This document shows, piece after piece, positions 41,103 to 52,400 of a DNA stretch of 64,000 nt. The notes under the pieces were generated by a model that saw only the letters and a program-made list of their open reading frames with translations, was not told where the DNA came from and did no database searches. Where the stretch lies: contig OX597815.1 of NCBI GenBank assembly GCA_951406725.2, forward strand, positions 93,372,001 through 93,436,000, in the 5' to 3' direction. Positions within the stretch are counted from its first letter, which is position 1; each line of letters begins with the position of its first letter. The stretch comes from Octopus vulgaris (Eukaryota). The position numbers and the translations under genes are program-made.

Positions 41103-41439
41103 CCCTTTGTTACCATATTTCTAACAAGAATAGACTGTTTATATGCTTCAATTAATTCCCATATAATCAAGAATGGAGGAGGTGGAGATGGTAACAAAAT
41201 AATTGCAAACATTTTATTAAGCAGATGTTTGGAGTATAATTCAACAAAAGGTTCTTATATAAAATTACAATAGAACTTTTATCTACTGGAATAATGTGTA
41301 GCCATTCATATAAATAACAAGGTTTTCATCAAGATTCACTTTAAACAAAAATAGTTTGTTACAGGCATTGGGGGAGGGGGTTGCCAGTTGATGATATGGG
41401 ACCAGGGGGCCAGTCTTAGCTATGCTAGTACTGAAAGAG
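41103..41439. mobile_element. piggyBac-type MITE, diverged
   Basis: Starts ccctttgttaccatatttct, ends agtactgaaagag followed by TTAA. The ends are related to the 9920, 14775 and 47302 elements. Confidence 0.6.
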
Positions 41440-41514
41440 TTAAAGTCTTGTAAACTAGACTTTCATTGTAACAGAGATTGAAAGAAATATGTTCTAAATA
41501 TTTTCACAACTCAC

Positions 41515-41605
41515 CTGCAAGGCTTTAAGTATAGGCTTTACTGTTTGCCATGTGGAACCTCTCATATCAAGAATGATGGTAAATCCTTGCTCTCGGACAT
41601 CATCA
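41515..41605 (-). CDS. trio: Trio/Kalirin exon, SEC14 domain
   Basis: ttctag|91 nt|gtgagt. Phase matches the previous exon. DDVREQGFTIILDMRGSTWQTVKPILKALQ (cf. GFTVIVDMRGSKW..IKPLLK.LQ). Confidence 0.95.
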
Positions 41606-41850
41606 CTAGAAGAAAATGGGATTTTCATAATAATTCATAAAAATACTTGAATAATTCAAACATGCAATCATTACTGCTTTTAAAAAATAGTTTCTAATAG
41701 TAGTCTTCACTATTTTTTTAACTAAAACATTGTTTTAAAAATATTTCATTGCATTTTAATTAATGTCTAATTTGCCTTCATTATTTACATTTATTTTGTA
41801 CCTAATCAAGTAGAAGATAAAACAAAAACAATAGAGAACTAATTATCATA

Positions 41851-42354
41851 TCTATAAAAGGCATGATGTGTGTGCGTGTGTACGCGATTGTAATTTATGC
41901 ACATCCACAAATTAGCATGCATGTTGCTCAAATTTTAGGAGGACATTCATCAACATCCTATCTGGGTTTTGTCAACTTATTTTTTTCCTGAGGCACCCGC
42001 GGATAGCATAAAAATCTATTTTCAGCCATAGCTTTTAACCATAAAAAATATCAGCCATAGCTTTTTGACAGTGTCTAATAAAAAAAAAAGATAAAGAAAA
42101 GTGGAAGAAGGAGGCAGAGAGTTTCACGGGAAAGACAAAGTGAGAGAGGGAGAGAGAGAGAGAGAGAGAGGAAGTGACAATGTTCATAAAAAATAAAATG
42201 TAAAATGTTTTCTTTTTTCTTAAACACGAGATATAGTGTTCAAATTCAGGATGATTTTGAAAGACACTATATTTTATAATCATAGTATATATACTTTCTC
42301 ACACAACAATTACAATATATTTATTTTAAAATGTTCATCTTTCTTTCCCCTCCC

Positions 42355-42390
<36 letters not shown>

Positions 42391-42545
42391 TTACTTTGGG
42401 TGCGAAAGTGTTTTGTTTTTATTTTACGCCGAGTAAAAAAGTGTTTTGTTGAGAGTCGATATTACTTAGTTTGGTTTGAAATAAAGAACTTGATTAGCTT
42501 AATAATCGTAACTTAATCCCAGGCAAGGCCGGGTTATACTGCTAG
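41851..42545 (+). mobile_element. Non-autonomous Helitron
   Basis: a|TCtataaaaggc 5' end, 3' GC hairpin taatcccaggc-aa-ggccgggtta, then CTAG|t. A^T insertion, no TSD, CpGs retained. Confidence 0.75.
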
Positions 42546-42585
42546 TAATACAATATTTCTCTGTGTGTCAATCTCTAACTGCAGA

Positions 42586-42927
42586 AGGAACCTGTGGAAA
42601 AGGTAGACTCAGGAAGACATGGGATGAGGAGGTGAAACATGATCTTCAGATGTTGAGTCTCATGGAGGTGATGACAAGTGATCAAGACTTTTGGTGATTT
42701 GCTGTGCTTGAGAAGACATGTCCAGCCAAGTGAAACTGTAGTCCTGGCCAGTGCCAGTGACATATAACTCTTGGAGTGGTTGGCATTAGTAAGGGCATCC
42801 AGCCATAGAAACTAGGCCAAATCAGACTGGAGCCTAGTATAGCTGTCTAGCTTACCAGTCCCAGTCAAGTGTCTAACCCATGCCAGCATGAAAACAGATG
42901 CTAAATGATGGTGATGATGATGATGAT
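42586..42927 (+). mobile_element. RTE LINE 3' fragment
   Basis: GTCGKGRLRKTWDEEVKHDL, 3' UTR and (GAT)n tail. Confidence 0.8.
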
Positions 42928-44292
42928 ATAGTTATGTATATTTATTTTCTGAGTTACTTTTCATCTTTCTGGGGTTGACAAAATAAAATCCCAGTAGTTT
43001 AGTCTTAGATCAACTGTAACTGACCAGAAGTACCCTCTTGTTTTCTTGGATCCTGCATATGTACAACTACACTGGTCAATGATGGATCCTGCCATATCCA
43101 GCCCAAATTTTCTACATGTTTTATGTTCAAACCAGCTAGATCTGGCCTCTCACATCTACCCTACAATGTCATTCTAAAAATAAACAATCACATCATCACA
43201 GGTTACAAGATAATCCATGATTAATTCAAACCAACTTGAATAAAAAGGAATACATTTGTCAGAGTAATCTGAATGCTAAAGGGCTATGGTTGTGATGTGA
43301 GATTTGAGGAATATTTGGCTATTTCTATCAAATCAAATGACAATGAAGAGCAATTGCTTTCTTCATTAAATGCTCTTCCTTCATCTAATCAACTGACTGC
43401 AAAGTGGTTAAAAAAAAAAACTTCTCAGCCAGGTAGACTGCTAGCTTCAAGAGATACAATTACTATTTGATTGACATTCTAAGACCAAATAAATACATAA
43501 TTTTAAAATCAAAGTAATGATAGCAACTTTAGAGAGAGGTTAAAAATTATAAATACTTTTTAATTAATAAAATCAATGTCAGAATGTTATGAAAAATTTT
43601 TAAATACAGAGTAATTGAGATCTAAAATTAACATTAACTGTGGTGGGGATGAAATGCAACACTTCAAAATTAAATATATTTCAGGAGTGACATAACACAT
43701 ATGAACCCACAAACCACATTATTTAGCCCACCCTTATCCCCACCCCACTGCTCATTTAGCAGATAAACAAAATAGAAGATCCTTCCTGTGAAAACTGCAA
43801 TTCTCTCTAGAATTTCCTTCCTGTCCATATGTTACCTCTGTTAACTAACCTTCACCACCTTAAAATATTAACATCACTACAAACAGGAGCCAGCTTTCTT
43901 GGCCTTGGATATCTCTCTCTCTCTCTCTGCAGCATGCATGCACACACACTTGCCCACATGTGTTTTGTTTCCTTTTAAGATTCATATGTCCTATTTTTAC
44001 CACTTTTCACCTGCAGAAATAGCAGTATAAATTCCTATATATCACATCCTACTGTCTTTCAAAAGGAAGGATTCATTAAATAACATAAACAACACAGTTT
44101 TAAATATACAAAAAGACAGAATAATCACAGCTGAAACATCTTTCGTCATAAATCTGCCTAACCATAGCCATGTCCACACATAGAAGCCTTTCATCAAATA
44201 GATTCTATTACACACACTCAGCTCACACATAAATTTGGCGATTCACAAAATATAGGAAGGCATAAAGCAGCTCCAATTTCTTCACTGTGAGT

Positions 44293-44850
44293 GATGTTTG
44301 ACTGGGAACTGGCAAGCCAGTAGGCTGCACCAGGCACTAATCTTATCTGGCAAGGTTTCTATGACTGGATGCTCTTCCTAACGCCAACCACTCTGAGAGT
44401 GCAGTGGGTGCTTTTTACATGCCACTGGCACAGGAGCCAATCAGGCAACACTGGCATTGACCACAATCACAAGGTGCTTTTATGTGCCACTGGAACAGGA
44501 GCCAGTCACATGGCATTGGCCATGTTCAGATGGTGTTTTTTTACATGTTACTGACACGGGGAGCCAGTCATGTGGGACTGGCATCGACCCATGCTTGAAT
44601 TGTGCTTATTACGTGCCACCAGCACAGGTGCCAGTTAGGCGACACTGGTATCGGCCACAACTACAATTTCCGTTTTGATTTTGATTTTGATTTTACTTGA
44701 CTCAATAGGTCTTCTCAAAAGCAGTGTATCACCCGGCGATTCAAGAGTGCTTTTAAATGGGCTGGTTATGAAACACTGGTAAAAGCCATGGCTGCAAACT
44801 CATTTTACTTGCTGAGTCATTGGCCACGATTCAATTTCCCTTGACTGTGT
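44293..44850 (-). mobile_element. RTE 3' UTR with tandem array
   Basis: Reverse complement of the GGCACGTAAAAAGCACC tandem units and the RTE 3' end. Confidence 0.75.
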
Positions 44851-45604
44851 GCATTTATTTTTTACACACCACTTCTACACTAGATCACGAAAGGCTTTTG
44901 TTGAGATTTTGTCAAGGAAGAAGATTTCTCTTTCTAGACTTTATGTATAAAAACACATTGAGCCCAGCTCCAAGTGGACTATCAGATACAGTGTTTTGGA
45001 ATAAGTTTGCCTCTTCAGTGGCAGATATCACATCAATCATAGAAAGAACAAACAAAATATTTGCTAGTGTCAGCTGAGGCTTGCCAAGCTGGAAATATTT
45101 TAGTATAAGCACACGAAGTAGTGAGGATCAAACTAAAGTTCCAACTTAGCTTCAAGCGACTGAGGAGATATCTACCACTGAAAATGCAAAATCATGCTGA
45201 AACACTATGAAACACTGACATCACTTGGAGCTTGGTTTGAAATGTTTTTATACACAAAGTTTATAGAGATTTTTTTTCCAAGACAGAATCCTGTAATAAA
45301 TGCCTTTCATGTTCTAGTGTACAAAAGTATGTTAAAAAATGTACACAACTTTATTATTATTATGTGAGAGAGCAGTGCATGCCATCAAAATTTACTGGGG
45401 TAAAATATACGAAGCCCAGTATACCCATCATGACTACCTGTCTGATAAGGGTACACCAGGCACATGCATCACAACCATGTGTGCGCAACATGATTTCATA
45501 TCAAGATAAACAGCACATGACCTTGCAGGTGGGGTCCAGTTAGAATTTTCTTTAGGTGAGCAGCCCATCCTGCTCAAAAGGTCCCTGAGTAGGGTTATTT
45601 AAGG

Positions 45605-45641
<37 letters not shown>

Positions 45642-46273
45642 GTTATTATTATTATTATTATCTAACATCTCTTTCTTTTTTTAAGGATACTTAATCTACT
45701 ATATAAGGATACCTGATCTACTATTTCTAGTAGCTCCCTAGCAGATGGTGTTTAGGTATTCTGGTCAAAAACCATCTACCCTTTAGGCAGACAGTATACA
45801 AATATAACTACATTTACCAATGTGTCTACCTTTGGTTTAGAGACAAGGGTGTTATTTGAGGTAGATTTGAATATTTCTAGCAGTTTGAGTGATGACATAG
45901 AGACTCTAATGTGAGAATATCACACCTTCAGAGGATATTTGTTTTCATACTTCCTGTCAGTTTTGGTGCTTGTAGAATACCATATATATTTGACCAAAAC
46001 ATTTTAGAAATGGTGAAATAAAGAGTTGGTCTTTAATGACAATCTAAACAGATTATTCTTAAAAGATATGTAATATGATTATCTAGATGTGCTACAGGCT
46101 TTTAAAAATATAATGTATGGTTTTAGAAAATACACACTTATGCTTAAATGTCTTGCAAAACATATTTATAATTCACTATATACAACAGAAGCAGTATCAG
46201 ACCAAAACAGTCATCTGCGTATCATACTAAATACAGATGCATTGTGAAAGGCAATTGGATTGTGGTATTCATA

Positions 46274-46505
46274 AGGTGGCAAGCTGGCAGAAACGTTAGC
46301 ACGCCGGGTGAAATGCTTAGCGGTATTTCGTCTGCCGTTACGTTGTGAGTTCAAATTCCGCTGAGGTCGACTTTGCCTTTCATCCTTTCGGGGTCGATAA
46401 ATTAAGTACCAGTTACGCACTGGGGTCGATGTAATCGACTTAATACCTATGTCTGTCCTTGTTTGTCCCCTCTGTCTTTAGCCCCTTGTGGATAATAAAG
46501 AAATA
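46274..46505 (+). mobile_element. Young octopus tRNA-derived SINE (second family)
   Basis: ggtggcaagctggcagaaacgttagc (A box), gagttcaaattcc (B box), then gtcgactttgcctttcatcctttcggggtcgataaattaagtaccag, which resembles a conserved metazoan SINE central domain (from memory). CpG-rich. Confidence 0.88.
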
Positions 46506-47301
46506 GGTATTCATCTGGGGATACAATCCCCTATGGATGCAGTGTGTTCAAAAACCCAAAACTGTAACATCAGCAGACAAAACTCACGAGGCAGCAGCTG
46601 TGAAAACACTAGATAAACCTAGAACTACATTGCTGCAAAGCAAACTTTGTAACCACACAACCATGTCCACACTTCACACAAAAATTATAAATGAAAAAGG
46701 TAACAGCTTTCTATGTTTTTACTTTTAATTTTATAGCATTTGTCCATGAAGTGTACAAGTAATGTTTTTTATTTGATCTCTTGTGGGCCATGAAATCAAA
46801 TAGATTGAGAAGCACTGGTCTAAACATTCTCATAGTGTTGTAACTTACTTGCAAACAAGACTATTTTAGATAAACAGCTTGCACAGGGTTCATTTATAGT
46901 TTTCTGTTGCCAAGTGGTGTCACTAGTTAAGTGGTCAACTAGAGATGTTTAAAGGGAATTAAATGGTAGAGAGATGTGTTTCCTTGGACAGAACACCAAC
47001 CAATCACAGACAGGCTAAGAAAACTAACAAAACACTTGAAAAAAATTATAAAGTACTCTTTATTTAACGGATACTTCCTCATTGTAATTATCTATTTAAT
47101 GTTGGATGAAGTGGAGAGGGGTATGAACTGGTCGCAGCATAGTACCCATTTACTGCTAGGCAGATTGAGACACTGAGTGTTAAGTGTCTTTGCAATTGAC
47201 ACACTGCATCACCAACTATTTACCCCTTCAGCTAATGGAGATAGCACCCTAATGGCACAGTCAGATGTTTGTTTCACCATAATTACTATTAATGGACTTA
47301 A

Positions 47302-47517
47302 CCTATTTGTTACCATGTTTCTGTTAAAATACACTGCCTTTGTTTCAGTTGATTTTGAAAATGAGGAAGTGTTTCATAAAATAACTTTGCTGTTTGGTGT
47401 TTGGAACATGAATTTATATGAAATTTCAATGGAAGGTTTTAATCTAGAATACTTTAAAATAACAAAGTTCATATAATAGAACCAGGGGTGGTCTCAAGAA
47501 GGTTGGTATCAAAAGGG
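47302..47517. mobile_element. piggyBac-type MITE (216 bp)
   Basis: TTAA at 47298-47301 and 47518-47521. Ends cctatttgttacc / ggtatcaaaaggg, in opposite orientation to the 14775 MITE. Confidence 0.75.
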
Positions 47518-49029
47518 TTAAAATATCTAAAACATCTTTTTTTAATAACACAAATAACTCAAGAAGAAGCTAATTATTTTTTCAATATCATCAGTATAAG
47601 TAAAGAATATTTGATAATAATTGCTGATATTTATTTTCTGACATTTTTATAAGTATTCCAAGGGACAAGCTGTCTTGTGCAAAACACTCACTTGATCCAC
47701 AGCATTCAAACCATGAGAGATGTTTGACAAATTAAATCTATAGATGTCTTGCAAACAACTTGCACATGCAAGTGCTACCAGTTAAAAGCTCCGTATACCG
47801 GAAGTTAGCATTTATTAAAGCTGATATTAACTAATAAAATCACAGATTATAAACTACATGAAAACATATGTTATGATTAGTGAATAACATTGTCAGTTAT
47901 AGGTTTCTAACAGATCTACAGCTATGGTGGAAAACACTTGCCCAAGGTGCAGTACTGTGAGATCAAACCTAGAACCATGTAGTTCTGAAGCAAACTTTGT
48001 GACCATGCCTGCAGCACCTATGTAACTCCATTAATTCAAAAGAATCTTTGACCAAATAAAAAAATAAAAAATTCTTTCTTGCTTATTTAAAATCTAAATA
48101 AATAACTTTAAATCATTAAACATTTCATAAAATTAAACATTGTTAACTATCTACATAGTCCTTTATTATTTTCCAATAAATTGATTTTATTTGTTAAGGA
48201 AACACCAACACACTGCAAATCCAAATACTGAATATTTGTTGCAATTCTCTTTAGCTAAGATTAGACTTTCATAACTGATATGCTAGCATACAGGTGTCCT
48301 TCCTGTGTCCAGGGATTAACTTGCCAAGATCCTCCAGTTCTCTCTGTGTTGTGCTGCATGCATACAACCAACCAAGCTCTTGTTTCTAGTCCATTTTTTT
48401 ATGTCATTAGCCATGCTCTTTCTCTCCACACCTCCAGTGAAGGTGGTCTTGGTCAGTGACTTATGATGCATTATATAACAAACTGATATGGATGTTTCCT
48501 AAAGGGAAAAATGCTATGTGTTGAAGGAGCTGATAGGATAAGACTGTGATGGAGGAAGAGGCATACAGTTGCATGCATCCATGACTTTCATAGAGTGGGT
48601 AAATTATAAGGCACACTGTTTTTTAAAGTAACAATTAGGGAAAGATTTCAGACTAACCAGAGAAGCAATATTATAATCTACCAAGTGTTAGTAATTCAAC
48701 TGAAGTCATCATGAAACTTAACAGCCCAACTACATTCCAAGTACTGAATAATATCTTATGAGTGTCTTATTCAGGTGGTACATAATCCTCTACCTTGTAT
48801 CTTCCCCATTTCATAGATGGCATCCTGTTTCCAGTAAACCCAAAATTTCATTTGAGAAACTATTCCAAAGCCACCAATTTCCAACCAGGCTACCTTCAGA
48901 ATGGAGGCAGTAATCACCTAAAGGTTTTGTTTCCTCATCTAATCATCATCATCATCTTTTAATGCCTATCTTCCATGCTAGCATGGACTGAACAGCTTGA
49001 TGATCTAACAGGTCCAAGGACTGCATCAT

Positions 49030-50460
49030 GCTTTAACGTCTCTTTCCTAAAAATGCTTAAAATATCTGGCAGTGTCGGCTATAGTCTAGTCACCCATATA
49101 GTTAACCAGGTGATACATGAAGGAGTCATACCCAATGACTGGTGTAGCAGCCCCATAGTCAATTGCTACAAAGGTAAAGGTGATGCATTAGATGCGAATA
49201 ATTACAGAGGTATAGGTATCAAGTTGTTGGATCAAGTTGTTGGATCAAGTTGTTGGATCAAGTTGTTGGATCAGAGAGGGTCATAGCCCAACTAATTAAA
49301 GAGAGACTCATTTTAGATGAGATGCAGTTTGGGTTTGTGCCAGGGAAAAGCACCATTGATGCTATATTTCTGGTGAGACAGCTGCAGGAGAAATATTTAG
49401 CCAAAGATAAACCTCTGTACCTGGCTTTCATTGACATGGAGAAAGCCTTTGATCCCTTATCTGGTGGTCAATGCGAAAACTAGGGATAGATGAATGGTCA
49501 GTGAGAGCTGTACAAGCCATGTACAGGGATGCTGTCAGTAAGGTTGGCAACAAGTATAGTGAAGAATTCCAGGTAGGGGTCCACCAAGGATCAGTTCTCA
49601 GCCCCATCTTATTCACCATAGTCCTCCAGGCAATAACAGAGGAATTCAAGACAGGATGCCCCTCAGAGCTCCTCCATGCTGATGACCTTGCTCTAAAAGT
49701 GCAGAAAATAGCTTCCATCACATGACAGGAGGTAAAACTAGAAATAGTTGATAGCTTCCGTTACCTAAGTGATCAAGTCAGTAGTGGGCATGGATGCTCT
49801 GAGAGTGTAGTTGCTAGAATAAGAATAGCCTGGGCGAAGTTCAGAGAGCTCCTACCTCTGCTGTTGATAAAAGGTCTCTCACTCAGAGTAAAAAGTAGAC
49901 TGTATGACATATGTGTGCAAACAGCCATACTACATGGCAGTGAAACATGGGCCGTGACTGCTGAGGACATGCATAAGCATGTAAGGAATGAAGCTGGTAT
50001 GCTCCGCTGGATGTGTAATGTCAGTGTGCATACACGACAGAGTTTAAGTGCCCTGGGAGAAAAGTTGGACCTAAGAAGCATCAGATGTGGTATGCAAGCA
50101 AGACAACTGTGCTGGTATGGTCATGTGTTGCGTATGGATGAAGACAGCTGTGTGAAAAAGTGTCACACTCTAGCAGTTGAGGGAACCTGTGGAAGAGGTA
50201 GACCCAGGAAGACCTGGGATGACCTTCGAACGTCGGGCCTGACAGAGACGATGACAGGTTCCCTTCAATCATTGGGCAATAAACTCCACTTGCAAAGACT
50301 TGTTGAGTCAAATGACGTCATTGTGTTGGCCGATGACAGTGCCACCTGACTGGCTCCCATGTCAGTGGCATATAAAAAGCACCATTCAAGCATGGTTGTT
50401 GCCAGTGCCACCTGACTGGCTCTCATACTGGTGGCACGTAAAAAGCTCCATTCAAGCATG
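49030..50460 (+). mobile_element. RTE-clade LINE reverse transcriptase pseudogene (5'-truncated), antisense to trio
   Basis: IPNDW...YKGKGD...NYRGI, QFGFVPGKSTIDAIF, AFIDMEKAFD, GVHQGSVLSP, LLHADDL, LHGSETW, WYGHVLRM, GRGRPRKTW. Frameshifted (ORFs 48975-50349). Confidence 0.93.
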
Positions 50461-50519
50461 GACACAAAAAAATGCAAACAGGAGTCAAGTAATCATAACA
50501 ATAATTTATAATTACTTAC

Positions 50520-50634
50520 CTTGGCACACTGGCAAGATAGGTCATGAGTCGTCGTAAATCTTCATATTTTAATCTTTCAGGATGAGTGTGTGAAGGGAAT
50601 GTCAAAATTGGGCCACCTTGCTTATTTCGGCCAC
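50520..50634 (-). CDS. trio: Trio/Kalirin-family RhoGEF exon (first in window), SEC14 domain start
   Basis: ttttag|115 nt|gtaagt. Translates GGRNKQGGPILTFPSHTHPERLKYEDLRRLMTYLASVPS, matching the recalled vertebrate TRIO/KALRN SEC14 segment GGRDKRGGPILTFP...DLRRL..YLA.IPS. Confidence 0.95.
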
Positions 50635-50799
50635 CTAAAAGAAAGAAAGAAAATTAAATAAACGTGAAAAGGACTTTATTCTTATTTTATTTATGTATAA
50701 GCTAATTTAATAGAAATTAAATGTTGAAAGAATATTGTATATTGGTATGGTCACAGGTTCACTAATTCACTAATTATTAAACTCCAGCACTATTTCTTT

Positions 50800-51062
50800 A
50801 TTATTTGTAAACAATAATAATAAATAGTAATAATGTATTTTGAATGGCACAACAATGCACTATGATAACAACACTGGACTATAATAACTGTTGTAATTTA
50901 ATCATCCATAGTCTGATAAAATATTTCGGAATATAAAAATTTCTTCTTCAGATATCCCTAGGGATATCTGAAGAAGAAATTTTTATATTCCATTGTTGTT
51001 ATAGTGCATTGTTGTGCTATTCAAAACACATTACTATTTATTATTATTGTTTACAAACAATA
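50800..51062. repeat. Long inverted repeat with a perfect 64-bp spacerless palindrome (50928-50991)
   Basis: ggaatataaaaatttcttcttcagatatccct|agggatatctgaagaagaaatttttatattcc. The outer ~70-bp arms (50800-50871 and 50993-51062) are also complementary, with a few mismatches. Confidence 0.95.
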
Positions 51063-51914
51063 CACAATGCTTCAAGCGAACTACAATACTCTCCAATCTT
51101 TATTATTTATATTTAGTAACTAATAAATATTTTTTTTTTATATAACAATCAACTGTGCATGAAAATACGTAGTACTTGTGTTTACAGTGGGATATAAATC
51201 CAGTGGAACTAGTCTGCACAAATCACAGTGGAAATGAAACAAACTGGTAACATGTTGGGTACATATTTCATTGACATGCTCAGAGGTTAACCTTTGGCTG
51301 CAGTCAAAATACTCATTAGCATTTATTGAAGTTTTTACAAAAACCTCCTTCACCTTACAACAAAAAGAGTTTAAGAAATGATGCCAGACTAAATTTTCAA
51401 ACCATTCAATGCAACAGAGTATAAACCATGAATACCAGGCATGAAAGTACAAATAGTAATAGCATTAACAGTAGTGTGTAAAGCAAACAGCTTCTCTGAA
51501 GTTCTTTGCAAGAAAAGTAGTATGGACAGAATCCTCTGACATATTTCTATAGCTAGAATGAGAGACCAAAACATTTTTGAAGAATACAATGAAACTGTTT
51601 ACAGAAGCACAGAGAAACTTGTAATGCAACAGTTTTAAAGAACACAAGATTTTATTAGGTCTGATAAAATTTAGATTTAAAACAACTGCATGTGGGAAGA
51701 GGTAAGTGACATTTAAGAAATTAGAAGATTAACATTAATTCCAGTAGACATTATAAAATGTTTATATGAGTAAAAAAATGATTGCTATACAGATTCATTA
51801 GTGAATTGGTTGCTGTTATTGAGAAAACATAATAGTGGAAACAGGAATCGAATTAAATAGTTATGAAATTTAAGATTTATGGGATCACTAAGTATCCCTA
51901 TCCAGAACACACCA

Positions 51915-52400
51915 ATACTTTTTTCTTTACTTTAAACATCCATCCATCTTCTCCACCCACTATTCTTGGGAGAGCCATGGAGTAGAGCCCTTAGGCATTC
52001 TTACATAGGGTCCTATCAGAAGCAACCATCATTAGACTTTCCAGTTGAATTCCCAGGTGTGACCAACTGACTCAACGGATATTATCCAACTATTTTGTTC
52101 TTTGTTTACCCCTAGATCTCCTACCAGTTGGCTTGGCTTGAAGGATCCATCCTGCAATTCTTGTGATATTCTAATCATATGTCCATAGTACTAGAGCTAT
52201 GATCTCTCAATGCTGAGAAGTAGCAGCTTGACCTAGAGAGACTCATTGATCTCTGAGCTGTGCACCCTGTTGAGTAACATTACTCCAGAGATCCTTTGAA
52301 AGATCCCCATTTTGGCCACTTGTATTCGAGACCATACTCTTTCAGTCATTACCCAACACTCATGATCATTGTGAGGGTAAGCACAAAAACTGAACTGAAG
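51915..52400 (-). mobile_element. Rex3/Expander-like RTE LINE 3' fragment
   Basis: Reverse-complement homolog of 27480-27945 (ctcacaatgatcatgagtgttgggtaatgac, gatctctggagtaatgttact, tatggacat). Confidence 0.7.

Noticed and set aside
45736-45752. CTCF-like motif (ctagcagatggtg), also 19482-19498
   Set aside because: Imperfect short matches are expected by chance in 64 kb, and there is no supporting evidence.
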